DNA of 64,000 bases from Myxococcales bacterium (GCA_047601445.1 JASGJH010000001.1:7616001-7680000); one strand, 5' to 3'; numbered from the stretch's first letter, positions 20,882 to 33,242 are shown. Program-made: numbers and translations. Notes: generated by a model not told the origin, from the sequence alone.

Positions 20882-23800
20882 TGAGGCGCTGGTTCCTGCT
20901 GTTGTTCGCGCTGTGGCTCGGGTCCTTCGCTCCCCTCCAAGCGCGGGCCGACGTGCCACCCGAGTGGCTCGGGCAACGTGTGCTCGAGATCAAAGTGGTG
21001 GGCGAGCAGGCCGGCCGCGTGGATGCGGACAAGCTCGGCATCCCCAAGGGGGTGCCCTTGACTCGCGGTCTCTTGCGGGATGCCCTCGAGCGCATCGGTG
21101 AGGCGGGTCGCTGGGCCGACGTGCAGCTCGACGCGATGGCGGTCTCGGGCGGCGTGGCGCTGCTCGTGCACCTCACGCCGCGGCTGTTGGCCAAGCGCAT
21201 CGAGTTCGTCGGCAACAAGGCGCTCGAGAACCGCGAGCTCGCCCGCATCGTGGGGGTGCGTGAGGAGTCGGAGCTCGAGCGCGAGCTGTTCCCGGAGTTC
21301 AGCCGGCTGATCCGCGAATCCTACGAAGCGCGCGGCTACTTCGAGACCCGCGTCCAGATCACGCTGCGCGACACGGACGATCCGAGCGCCAAGGTGCTGC
21401 GCATCGAGGTCGACGAGGGGGAGCCCACGCGTATCGAGGAGATCGTCTTCGTGGGCGAGCCTTTGCCGCGTCGCAAGGGCCTGCGGCGCGTGCTGGGCGT
21501 GCACGCCGGGGACATCGCCGACCGCGAGCGCATCGACGAGGGCCTGCGCAAGACCGAGCAGACCCTACGTGAGGCAGGCTTCTACGCCGCCGAGTTCTCC
21601 GATGTGCGCATCGTGCGGCGTGGCCTGGAAGCTCGCGTCACGGTGCGCAGTCGCGTCGAACCGCACTACGAGGTGGAGTTTCGGAACCCCGGTCCGCTCA
21701 GTCGCAGTGAGCTATTCGAGGCCATGGCGCTGCAAGAGGAGCGTTTGGCTGGCGACGCTAACCTGCGCGCGGCCGAACAGCGCCTGCTCGACACCTACCG
21801 GCGCTACGGCTTTCGCGATGCCAGCGTGACCATCGAAGCCGTGCCGCGCGTGGAGGTCATCGAGTTCAAGGGCGAGCACTGGGAAGAGCGTTCGATGGTG
21901 CTGCAGGTCTCCATCGAACCCGGCGAACAGCTGGTGGTGGTGGACTTCGCCTTCCCGGGGGCCACGCACCTCGAGACAGACGTCCTGCGCGAGCAGATGC
22001 ACAGCTACCTCGAGGAGGAGCTCTCGGGCTCCAGCCTCCGCGAACCCGTGGACTCCGAAGTAGCCGACCACATCGGCATGGGCGGCGGTGCAGCCCGCAC
22101 CCAGCGCACCGTGCCCAAGCCCATCGTGCGCGACCCACGCCGCCTCTACTACGGCCCGGCCTACGACGCGGCGCTCAACCACATCCGCGAGCTCTACCGC
22201 GCCGACGGCTTCCTCGACGTTGCGCTGGGCACGCCGAGCTTCGAGCCCGCGCCCGACGGCACCGGAAAAATCGCGGTGATCCCCATCACGGAGGGCCCGC
22301 GCACCTTCCTCTACGCGGTGCAAATCGAGAACAACCACGAGCTCGCCTCGGCCGAGCTCCTGCGCGAGGCGGCCCTCGTTCGCGACGCCCCCTTCAGCTA
22401 CTTGAAGCTCGAAGAAGCGCGCCTGCGCATGGTCTCCATGTACCAGGAGAAGGGCTTCTTCTACGCCAAGGTCGACCCCAGCGTGCGTATGTCCGACGAT
22501 GGCACGCGCGCCGAAGTGACCTTCCACGTGGAGGAGGGCTACGTGGTGATGGTGGGCGCCGTCGAGGTACGCGGGCTCGACCGCTCGAGTCGTTCCATGG
22601 TGCTCAATCGCGTGCGCCTCAAGGAGGGTAAGCCTTACCAACCCTCGCTCGCCCGTCAGACCGAAGACGACCTGCTGGCCCTCGACATCTTCACGAGCAT
22701 CACGGTCTCGCCCGAGGAGCCCGACCTGCCGGCACGCGTGAAGACCGTGATCATCAGCGTCACCGAGCGCAAGACCCAGTGGCTCGGTTGGAGCGCCGGC
22801 TTCAGTACCGGCGAGGGCGTGCGCGGCGGCTTCGAATACGGCTATCGCAACTTGTTCGGGCACGCCCTGACCGCCTCGTTCCGCGGTCAAATCGGCTATC
22901 AGTTCGTGTTTCTCGATCAGCAGATCCAGAACCGCTACGAGTCGCTCACCACCCAGCAGCGCATCGAGTACCAAACCACGCTCACGCTGGGCGTTCCGTA
23001 CATCCCGCACTTGCCCCGCACCCAGGCCAACGTCGACCTGACGGTGCTCTCGGATATCCAGCGCGACTTCCGCATGCAGAAGCAGAGCGTGGTCACCTCG
23101 TTCGTGTATCGCCCCAACAAGCGTTGGACCTTCAACCTGGCCGAGGAAATCGAGGAGAGCGACTTCTTCCTGTTCGTGGATCAGCTCAAGAACGCGCTGC
23201 CCACCCTGCAGACCTCGAGCTTGGTCCCCGAGGGGCAGAACACCCTGGCATCCTCGCAGTTCACCTTCACCTGGGATCGCCGCGATCGCGCCTTCAATCC
23301 GCACAAGGGCGTGTTGCTCTCGCTCACCAATGAGTACGCGCACACCGTGAACCCCCAGTTCCAGACCATCGGTCGCGGGGACAACATGCGGCGCGCCAAA
23401 TTCGAGAGCAACATGCTGCGCTTCATGGCCAGCTTCGCGTTCTACATCCCGTTCGCGCCCAAGCTCACCTTCGCGAGCCAGTGGCGCTATGGCCGCATCG
23501 TGCACCTCTCCAAAGACTCACAGAGCTACCCGAACCGGCGCTTCTACCTCGGCGGCACCAACTTCCGCGGCTTCAATCAGAACCAGATGATCCCCCAGGA
23601 CCTGGAGGACAACCGAGAAAACACCACCGCCATCGCTTCGCGCGGCGGTCAGACGTTCATCGCCGGGCAGAACGAGCTGCGCTTTCCCCTGGTGGGTGAC
23701 CTCTATGGCGGGCTGTTCGCGGACGTCGGCAACCTGTGGGCGAACCCCAAAAACCTGGACATCCGGCAGCTCGAGTTGGTGGTGGGCGCGGGCCTGCGCT

Positions 23801-23907
23801 TCCAGACACCGGTGGCTTCGCTGGCCTTCGATTACGGTATCCGGGCCCTGGACATCGCCCCCTTCGATATCCGAGGGGCCTTCCAGTTCGCCTTCCAGAC
23901 CTTCTGA
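20881..23907 (+). CDS. Omp85 family (TamA/BamA-like) outer-membrane protein with POTRA domains
   Basis: Signal peptide, repeated POTRA-like units (YEARGYF, YQEKGFFYAKV), barrel motifs RFYLGGTNFRGF, NELRFPL, GAGLRFQTPV, terminal F. Confidence 0.85.
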   Translation: MRRWFLLLFALWLGSFAPLQARADVPPEWLGQRVLEIKVVGEQAGRVDADKLGIPKGVPLTRGLLRDALERIGEAGRWADVQLDAMAVSGGVALLVHLTPRLLAKRIEFVGNKALENRELARIVGVREESELERELFPEFSRLIRESYEARGYFETRVQITLRDTDDPSAKVLRIEVDEGEPTRIEEIVFVGEPLPRRKGLRRVLGVHAGDIADRERIDEGLRKTEQTLREAGFYAAEFSDVRIVRRGLEARVTVRSRVEPHYEVEFRNPGPLSRSELFEAMALQEERLAGDANLRAAEQRLLDTYRRYGFRDASVTIEAVPRVEVIEFKGEHWEERSMVLQVSIEPGEQLVVVDFAFPGATHLETDVLREQMHSYLEEELSGSSLREPVDSEVADHIGMGGGAARTQRTVPKPIVRDPRRLYYGPAYDAALNHIRELYRADGFLDVALGTPSFEPAPDGTGKIAVIPITEGPRTFLYAVQIENNHELASAELLREAALVRDAPFSYLKLEEARLRMVSMYQEKGFFYAKVDPSVRMSDDGTRAEVTFHVEEGYVVMVGAVEVRGLDRSSRSMVLNRVRLKEGKPYQPSLARQTEDDLLALDIFTSITVSPEEPDLPARVKTVIISVTERKTQWLGWSAGFSTGEGVRGGFEYGYRNLFGHALTASFRGQIGYQFVFLDQQIQNRYESLTTQQRIEYQTTLTLGVPYIPHLPRTQANVDLTVLSDIQRDFRMQKQSVVTSFVYRPNKRWTFNLAEEIEESDFFLFVDQLKNALPTLQTSSLVPEGQNTLASSQFTFTWDRRDRAFNPHKGVLLSLTNEYAHTVNPQFQTIGRGDNMRRAKFESNMLRFMASFAFYIPFAPKLTFASQWRYGRIVHLSKDSQSYPNRRFYLGGTNFRGFNQNQMIPQDLEDNRENTTAIASRGGQTFIAGQNELRFPLVGDLYGGLFADVGNLWANPKNLDIRQLELVVGAGLRFQTPVASLAFDYGIRALDIAPFDIRGAFQFAFQTF

Positions 23908-23918
23908 GACGGTGTTCG

Positions 23919-24202
23919 ACGGGGAGGTCACGCGACCTCCCCGCCCGTCGCGGCTACTGCACGGGGAGGTCACGCGACCTCCCCGCCCGTCGCGGCAAAG
24001 CCGCGCCGGGACCCACCCCTCTGCGAGGTCGCTACGCTCACTACGCCGGGACCCACCCCTCCGCGAGGTCGCTACGCTCACTGCGCCGGGACCCACCCCT
24101 CCGCGAGGTCGCTACGCTCACTGCGCCGGGACCCACCCCTCCGCGAGGTCGCTACGCTCACTGCGCCGGGACCCACCCCTCTGCGAGGTTCGCTCTGCTC
24201 AC
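23919..24202. repeat. Composite repeat: two copies of a 36-bp hairpin unit (42-bp period) plus about five copies of a 40-bp tandem unit
   Basis: acggggaggtcacgcgacctccccgcccgtcgcggc at 23919 and 23961. cgccgggacccacccctcygcgaggtcgctacgctcactr at 24004, 24044, 24084, 24124 and 24164 (last copy degenerate). No unique spacers. Confidence 0.92.
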
Positions 24203-24305
24203 GTAGGGCTTCGCTTCCAGGATCCCGGCTCCCGCCCCGAGGGCAATCGGGCCTGTGCGCGCCTCACAGTTGACAGTCCGGAACCCCCCCACCAAACTCC
24301 GCCCC

Positions 24306-24530
24306 ATGGCGTACGAGAACCACCTGATCGACAAGCGCGTCGTGGACCGAAACATCACGAAAGGGCTCGTGGATCCGCAGAACCTGAAGCAGCAGATCGA
24401 AGCCCTGCCCGACCGCGAAGCCAACTGTGTCCGCGTGTCCGTCGAGGGGGATGTCGAGGACAGCATCGACGACCTGCCCGACGACGACGAAGACGACGAG
24501 GACATGGCCGACGACGAAGGCGAAGGCTGA
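24306..24530 (+). CDS. Small hypothetical protein with acidic tail
   Basis: MAYENHLIDKRVVDRNITKGLVD...LPDREAN plus D/E-rich tail; codon usage matches the genome. Confidence 0.7.
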   Translation: MAYENHLIDKRVVDRNITKGLVDPQNLKQQIEALPDREANCVRVSVEGDVEDSIDDLPDDDEDDEDMADDEGEG

Positions 24531-24585
24531 TCGCCAGGGCTTTTCGCGCGGGTCGAGCGCCCGCCCAGACACGCGAGATGAATCG

Positions 24586-24921
24586 ATGAGCGACCCCGAG
24601 CACGACTCCGAGGCATCCGCCGAAGTCTTCGAGCCGGAACTCCCGCCCGAAGCCGACGACCTGCCGCCGATCGACTTCAGCACCTTCATCGTGTCCCTCC
24701 GGACCTCGGCCATGCTGCACCTGGGGGCCAACCCCGAGGGCTCGGGCATCGACCTGGCGCTGGCTCGCCAGGAGATCGATCTACTCGGGATCCTGGAGGA
24801 AAAGACCAAGGGCAACCTGACCGGAGACGAGGAACGTCTGCTGAGTCAGATCCTGTTCGACCTGCGCACCCGCTATCTGTCGGCGGTGGCTGAGCGCCGC
24901 TCGACAAAGTCGTCGGGCTGA
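24586..24921 (+). CDS. DUF1844 domain protein
   Basis: IDFSTFIVSL..SAMLHLG...DLALARQEIDLLGILEEKTKGNLTGDEERLL. Confidence 0.85.
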   Translation: MSDPEHDSEASAEVFEPELPPEADDLPPIDFSTFIVSLRTSAMLHLGANPEGSGIDLALARQEIDLLGILEEKTKGNLTGDEERLLSQILFDLRTRYLSAVAERRSTKSSG

Positions 24922-24994
24922 CGCTGTGTAGCCTGCGGGTCGGCTGGGCTGGGGGGCGACGGGAGGCAACTTGGCTTCCCAGGAGCGCCCGGCT

Positions 24995-25156
24995 TCAGCG
25001 GCGGCGGGGCCGGTTCCGGTTTCCGGAGGTTCCGCGAACCGGTACGGGCATGAGCTGGGGCTGGGGGAAGAGCGACTCGACCGCTTCGGCAACGCCCTGG
25101 AGGAACTCCTGGGCCCGGTCTTTCAGAGATTGCTTCTTCTCCGCCTTGCGCTCCAT
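24995..25156 (-). CDS. Small hypothetical protein (53 aa)
   Basis: Below the ORF-track cutoff. MERKAEKKQSLKDRAQEFLQGVAEAVESLFPQPQLMPVPVRGTSGNRNRPRRR, preceded by RBS AAAGGTGA. Confidence 0.6.
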   Translation of the reverse strand: MERKAEKKQSLKDRAQEFLQGVAEAVESLFPQPQLMPVPVRGTSGNRNRPRRR

Positions 25157-25330
25157 CGCTCACCTTTCGCGTGGTCGACTCGGCACCGCACCGAGCACGT
25201 CTTTCCATCATGGGGCGTTGCGCCGTGGTGTCAACAGCATGACGGCCCCGTGCCTTCGATCAGGTCTCACCTTGGATCACAGTCCGCTTTTCTGCGTACG
25301 GAGTCTGCTCTCGGTACGCTCCGGAGCGCC

Positions 25331-26786
25331 ATGAAACACGTGCACATGATTGGGGTGGCTGGAACGGGAATGGGGGCTCTCGCGGGCCTCTTGCGAAAGC
25401 AGGGCCACAGAGTCACCGGCAGCGATACTGCGTTTTACCCGCCCATGGGCGACAAGCTGGCCGAATGGGGCGTGGAGACCCGTCAGGGCTTCGAATCCGG
25501 CCCATCTGGAGCCCCGTCCCGACCTCGTGGTGGTGGGTAATGTATGCCGAAGTACGAATCCTGAGGCTCGGGCCGCCATCGACGGGGGCCTTCCGTACCT
25601 CTCCATGCCCGGTACTTTGGAGCAGTTCTTTCTCAGTCAGAGACACAGCTACGTCGTGGCCGGCACGCACGGTAAGACCACGACCACGGCTCTGGTGACC
25701 TATCTGTTGCGCAAGCTGGGTCGCGACCCGGGCTATCTGCTCGGCGGGGTGCCACGGGACTTTCCCGAGAGCTTTGGCCTCGGGGCCGAGGGGGCACCCT
25801 TCGTGATCGAGGGGGACGAGTACGACAGCGCGTTCTTCGAGAAGCAACCCAAGTTCTTTCGCTACCGCCCCTACGCCGCCATCCTCACCTCGCTCGAGCA
25901 CGACCACGTGGACATCTACCCCACGCTGGAGAGTTATCGCGCGGCCTTCGTGGGCTTCGTGGAGCGCATCCCCGAAGACGGTCTGCTCGTGGCCTACGCG
26001 GGTGATCCGGAAGTGCGGGCCGTGGCGCAGCGTGCGCGTTGTCGCGTGAGCTTCTATGCCCTCGATGGCGACGACACCGGAGACGTGACGCCCGTCTGGT
26101 TGGCAGCGCCTGCTCCAGCGCAGGGGACCATCACGCCGTTCGACCTGTTCTATGGCGGGAGCTCCTGCGGGCGCGTGCACTCTCCGCTCTCGGGGACACA
26201 CAACGTGAAGAACGCCGTGGCAGCCATCGCGCTTTGCGCCGAGGGCGCAGGGCTGGGGGTCTCGGCGCTGGCGCGTCAGCTCGGAGGGTTCCTGGGGGTG
26301 CGTCGTCGCCAGGAGCTGGTGGCCGTGGCGGGCGGGGTCCATGTCTATGACGACTTCGCGCATCATCCGACGGCGGTGCGCGAGACCTTGCGCGGGATTC
26401 GCGCGCGCCATCCGGAGGGCAAATTGGTGGGCCTGTTCGAGCCGCGCAGCGCGACGGCCTCTCGCAAGTTGCACCAGGAGGCTTACGTCGAGGCCTTCGA
26501 GGCGGCCGATCTCGCGGTGCTCGCCCCCGTGGGACGCAAGGAGATCGCTGCGACCGAGAAGCTCGACACCAAGGTGCTGGCGGAAGGCATGCGCGCGCGC
26601 GGTCGACACGCCGAGGCGCCGGACGATCACGAGCAGATTTTGGCACTATTGCGCGACGAGCTCAGCCCTGGAGACACCGTGGTGGTGATGTCGAACGGGG
26701 ATTTTCAAGGCTTGCTCGAGCGTTTGGTGGCGGCGTTGACGATGCGGGCTGCAGGACAGCCCGCGCTTGCTAGCCTCGCGCCATGA
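25331..26786 (+). CDS. mpl: Murein tripeptide ligase Mpl, +1 frameshift near 25495
   Basis: MKHVHMIGVAGTGMGALAG..VTGSD..YPPM, then VVAGTHGKTTTT, IEGDEYDSAFF, DDFAHHPTAV, FEPRS, MSNGDF. Confidence 0.88.
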
Positions 26787-27631
26787 CCTCCCAGACGTAC
26801 AAGGCCATGCTGCCCGAGATCGAGCGCATCGCGCGCGAGGCGGGCGAGCTGGTACGCAGCGGTTATCGGCGCGGCGCCTCCCACACGCGCACGGACGTGA
26901 GCAAGAAGGGCGCGATCGATCTGGTCACGGAGTTCGACCTCAAGTCCGAGGCGCACATCGTGCGTGAGCTCGGGCGGGTGTTTCCCGACATCGCGATCGT
27001 GGGAGAGGAGGGCCAGGGCAAGCGCGCGGTGACCGAGGCCGCCGACAGCGCGCTGCGCTTCTTCGTGGATCCCATCGATGGCACCACCAACTTCGCCCAT
27101 GGACATCCGTTCTTTTGCGTGTCCATCGGGTTGTGCGCGGGCGTAACGCCGGTGGCGGGCGTGATTTACGCGCCCATTCTCGAGGTGTGCTGGGCAGGTG
27201 CCGTTGGCTCCGGCGCCACGCGCAACGGTGAGTCTTGCCTGGTGTCCAGCTGCGAAGAGCTCGGCGAGGCGCTGTGCGCGACGGGTTTCGGCTACGACGT
27301 CGCCGGTAAGGTCGACGACAACGTGGCCGAATTCGGCGCGATCCAGGCGCGTGCGCGTGGCGTGCGTCGCTGCGGCGCGGCGGCGCTCGATTTGGCGTTG
27401 GTCGCCGACGGAACCTACGACGCGTATTGGGAGTTCATGCTGCAGCCCTGGGATTTGGCGGCCGGAGCGGCGCTGGTGTTGGCTGCGGGCGGACAGGCCA
27501 CCGGGTTTTCGGGGCAACCGCTCGATGCGCTCGAGGGGGCGGTGGTGGCGACTTCCACGCCTGCCCTCTCGCGCGAGCTCGTGAGCATGGTGCAGCAGGT
27601 AAGAGGCGGGCGCCCCGTGCCCACGCGTTAG
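26783..27631 (+). CDS. suhB: Inositol monophosphatase family protein
   Basis: DLVTEFD, VDPIDGTTNFAHG, RRCGAAALDL, PWDLAAG. Confidence 0.85.
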   Translation: MTSQTYKAMLPEIERIAREAGELVRSGYRRGASHTRTDVSKKGAIDLVTEFDLKSEAHIVRELGRVFPDIAIVGEEGQGKRAVTEAADSALRFFVDPIDGTTNFAHGHPFFCVSIGLCAGVTPVAGVIYAPILEVCWAGAVGSGATRNGESCLVSSCEELGEALCATGFGYDVAGKVDDNVAEFGAIQARARGVRRCGAAALDLALVADGTYDAYWEFMLQPWDLAAGAALVLAAGGQATGFSGQPLDALEGAVVATSTPALSRELVSMVQQVRGGRPVPTR

Positions 27632-27638
27632 GGTCAAG

Positions 27639-28385
27639 ATGCAGGTCACGCTTTCGGAGGATGAACGCTTTCTCGAGGTGGACTTCGGTGCGCCGCAGCG
27701 AACGCTGAGCTGGGCCATCGTGGGTGGAGGCTTCGGGGAGCATCGCCGCGTGGTGTGGCACTTCGTGACGCGCGCCGAGCTGCACGAGGGCATCGACGCC
27801 GTGGCGCTGTTCAAGGAGCGCATGGCGGCGCGGGGCTTCGACGCGGCGGTGGGACTGCTGACGGCGCGCTACCTGCGTCCCTACGCGGACGCTCGCGCGC
27901 AGCATGGTGACGTGAGCGGACGTGCGATCGTCACCTCCGGGCTCGGCAATGCGCTGCGGGCCGGGGATCCGCCCGAAAGCAAGTCCACTTCTGGCTCGCG
28001 CGCCCCGGGGCGCGCTTCGACCGTGGGGACCATCAACGTGCTGTGCCACCTCTCGGTGCACTTGAGCGACGCGGCCATGCTCGAGGCGCTGGCCCTGGCG
28101 AGCGAAGCGCGCACCCTGGCCTTGCTCGAGCTGAACTATCCGAGCGCGCTCACGCACAAGCCAGCCACGGGGACCGGCACCGATTGCATCGTGATCACGT
28201 GCCCGCGCGAGGGGCTCGTGCACGACTACGCCGGCAAGCACACCGAGGTGGGGGCCGTGGTCGGAGAGTGCGTGCACGCGGCGATGCGGCATGCCACGCA
28301 AGTGTGGTTGAGTGAGCAGGCCGAGCGTGAGGCCGAGCGTGAGCCGGCCGGGGCGCCCGAGAAAAACGAGGCAGTCGGTGTCTGA
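27639..28385 (+). CDS. cbiZ: Adenosylcobinamide amidohydrolase
   Basis: LSWAIVGGG, VGLLTA, GTINV, ASEART, ATGTGTDCI, AGKHTEVG. Confidence 0.8.
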   Translation: MQVTLSEDERFLEVDFGAPQRTLSWAIVGGGFGEHRRVVWHFVTRAELHEGIDAVALFKERMAARGFDAAVGLLTARYLRPYADARAQHGDVSGRAIVTSGLGNALRAGDPPESKSTSGSRAPGRASTVGTINVLCHLSVHLSDAAMLEALALASEARTLALLELNYPSALTHKPATGTGTDCIVITCPREGLVHDYAGKHTEVGAVVGECVHAAMRHATQVWLSEQAEREAEREPAGAPEKNEAVGV

Positions 28386-29016
28386 CGAGAAACAAGCCAC
28401 GGAAGAAGAGCGCAACGCCGAGCACAAGAAGCGCATGCAGGAGGTGAAGGCCGCGCAAGACGCGGAGGTTCGCTCCAAGCAGGAAAAGCGCGGCGTGATC
28501 GTGGTGAACACGGGGGACGGCAAGGGCAAGAGCTCGTCGGCCTTCGGGGTCGCCATCCGCGCGGCGGGGCACGGGCAGAAGGTGGGCCTCGTCCAGTTCA
28601 TCAAAGGCACCTGGAAAACGGGCGAGCAGGCGGCGCTCAAGCGCTTTCCCGAGATCACACACGTGGTATCGGGCGATGGCTTCACCTGGAACACGCAGGA
28701 TCGCGCCCAGGACGTGGCCAGTGCGCGCGCGGGTTGGGAGCGCGCCAAGCAAATGATCGAGGAGAGTCGGGGCGAGGACCCTGCCTACGACGTGGTGATC
28801 CTCGACGAGCTCAATATCGCCCTCTACTATGACTACCTGCAGATCGAGGAGATCGTGCCCGTGCTCGCCAACAAGCCGCGCGAGCTCAGCATCGTCGTCA
28901 CCGGTCGCGCTGCCAAGCCGGAGCTCATCGCGATCGCCGATACCGTGACGGAAATGCGACCCCTCAAGCACGCCTACGAAGCGGGGGTAAAGGCGCGCAA
29001 GGGGATCGAATTCTAA
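28378..29016 (+). CDS. cobO: Cob(I)yrinic acid a,c-diamide adenosyltransferase
   Basis: VNTGDGKGKSSSAFG, VQFIKG, GFTWNTQDR, ILDELN, ADTVTEM..KH..GIEF. Confidence 0.92.
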   Translation: MSDEKQATEEERNAEHKKRMQEVKAAQDAEVRSKQEKRGVIVVNTGDGKGKSSSAFGVAIRAAGHGQKVGLVQFIKGTWKTGEQAALKRFPEITHVVSGDGFTWNTQDRAQDVASARAGWERAKQMIEESRGEDPAYDVVILDELNIALYYDYLQIEEIVPVLANKPRELSIVVTGRAAKPELIAIADTVTEMRPLKHAYEAGVKARKGIEF

Positions 29017-29134
29017 GCGGAGGGGCTCTGGTGAGTTGCGCGGAAATGCGCGCAGCAAACTGGGGCAAATCTGCCCCGCGCGTTCGGCTGTCCATTCACT
29101 ATAACAGGCAATGCCTGATCGCCTTCGCAGCGTG

Positions 29135-29176
29135 GGTGATTAATCACCGCTAACTCGGAACGGCCCAGCTCCTGCA
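29135..29176 (+). promoter_or_regulatory. 14-bp palindrome plus possible sigma-54 -24/-12 element
   Basis: ggtgattaatcacc (29135-29148) and cGGcccagctcctGCa (29161-29176, GG-N10-GC) upstream of ATG 29238. Confidence 0.3.
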
Positions 29177-29237
29177 TTGCTTCGTGGTCTAGCTCTCGTG
29201 CGCAGTTGGGCACGACGAACCGAGCACCAAGGAGCCG

Positions 29238-29867
29238 ATGATGAAGAGCAATCGAACTTCTTTCCGCGCGCGCACTCGCGCGCATCAGCCCCAGCTCATC
29301 ACGTGCGTTGTCGCGCTGGGACTCGTGGGCAGCGCCAGCGCGTGCGCGAAATCAGGTAGCAAAGCTGCCTCGGATTCGACCAAGCGCGCAGCACAGACGA
29401 GTGGCGAGCTCGTGTACAAGGACTCCGTGACCGCCACCGTCGAGTCGGTGGACAAGGACAACCGGCTGGTCACATTGCGCGATCCGGAAGGGGAACCTTT
29501 CACCGTGGCGGTAGGTGAGGGAGTCGCTCTCGAGCGCATGGAGCCGGACGACAAGGTCAATGTGGCCTATCAGGAGTCGCTTGCCTTCGAGCTCCAGGAG
29601 CCCGGTGCAGAGCCCAAGATGGGCGCCGAGACCACGGCCGAGAAGCTGCCCGAGGGCGTGCAGTACGGTCGCAAGGTGACCACTACCGTGGAGATCTTGG
29701 CCGTGGCACCGAAGGGCACCGCGGCGACCTTCCGCAATCAGGAGGGCGACGTGCGCACCGTGGAGGTCGACAACCCGGCCAACCGCGAGAAGGTTTCGCA
29801 CCTGCGCCCCGGCGACAACGTCGAGGTCACCTACACCGAGAAGCTCGCCGTTCAGCTGGAGAAGTAG
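29238..29867 (+). CDS. Hypothetical lipoprotein with internally duplicated beta-domain
   Basis: Lipobox-like ASAC. Repeats TATVESVDKDNRLVTLRDPEG...PDDKVNVAYQESLA and TVEILAVAPKGTAATFRNQEG...PGDNVEVTYTEKLA. Confidence 0.65.
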   Translation: MMKSNRTSFRARTRAHQPQLITCVVALGLVGSASACAKSGSKAASDSTKRAAQTSGELVYKDSVTATVESVDKDNRLVTLRDPEGEPFTVAVGEGVALERMEPDDKVNVAYQESLAFELQEPGAEPKMGAETTAEKLPEGVQYGRKVTTTVEILAVAPKGTAATFRNQEGDVRTVEVDNPANREKVSHLRPGDNVEVTYTEKLAVQLEK

Positions 29868-29912
29868 CGTTCGGCCGAGCCCGCCCGGGACCCTCACGCG
29901 GCGCGGCTGCCT

Positions 29913-32513
<2,601 letters not shown>

Positions 32514-32645
32514 TTAAAGATGCAAGAGCATACCCGTGGGGGGGCCCCGTAGCAAGCCCATAGACAGGGCTAACTCCCTGAAATTTCTTTCATTCGCGGG
32601 GCGTGAGCAGGGACTCTGGCGGGGCGGCTGTGAGGCCTCCACGGC

Positions 32646-33242
32646 TCAGGGCGTCGGCTGGCTCAGGGCACCCGAAAAGTCGTAGCCGCGCAGCTTGGCG
32701 GAGACCCGAGCGGTTTGGCCGCTGAGCTCCATCTGCATGCTGGATTCGACCTCCACGGGGCCCACGTCCGGACAGAACACGGTGCGTACCTGCTTGCCCG
32801 CGCTGCCCCCGGTCTCCCGCACCTCGACGCAGTGGCTGAAGTCCCCGGCCGGGGAGCTCACCTGCCGATCAGTGTCTACCACTTCGGCCTGGCTGCCGGA
32901 GCCGGCGTCCCAGCTGGCTCCCTTGCGGATCGGGGCTTTGAGCACGTAGACCCCGCGATCGGCCCGGAACAGCCCGTCGGGACGTGTTTCATAGACGATA
33001 GGGTCTGCCCCTGAGCTGACCTCGGTACGCGCACCGTCGCTGGACAGTACCCGCGTGATGGCGAGCGTGGGGAGCCCCTGTCCGGTGTCCACATCGTAGG
33101 TCCATACGGAGCCCGCACGCAGCGGATACAGGCGCGCGACCTCGAGCGGGTCGCTGGCTTGGGTCTTGGGTTGGGCGCTGCCGCAGGCCACGGCACAGGC
33201 GAGGGGACCCAGCAGGAGGAGGCTTGGAAGAAGCTTGTTCAC
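32646..33242 (-). CDS. Hypothetical lipoprotein
   Basis: GTG start overlapping the upstream stop, lipobox AVAC, YPLRAGSVWTY, SPAGDFSHCVEV, FCPDVGPV. Confidence 0.65.
   Translation of the reverse strand: MNKLLPSLLLLGPLACAVACGSAQPKTQASDPLEVARLYPLRAGSVWTYDVDTGQGLPTLAITRVLSSDGARTEVSSGADPIVYETRPDGLFRADRGVYVLKAPIRKGASWDAGSGSQAEVVDTDRQVSSPAGDFSHCVEVRETGGSAGKQVRTVFCPDVGPVEVESSMQMELSGQTARVSAKLRGYDFSGALSQPTP

Noticed and set aside
16748..20959. 1403-aa minus-strand ORF
   Set aside because: Antisense shadow of tamB caused by high-GC codon bias; no motifs.
24004..24202. Possible CRISPR array
   Set aside because: The units are contiguous 40-mers with no unique spacers, and there are no cas genes or leader.
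23518..24589. ORFs reading through the tandem repeat (23518..24096, 23696..24589, 23736..24206)
   Set aside because: The 40-bp unit is not a multiple of 3 and the ORFs overlap real genes; they are products of GC-rich repeats.
29017..29237. Cobalamin riboswitch near cobO
   Set aside because: It lies downstream of cobO and no B12-box is recognisable.
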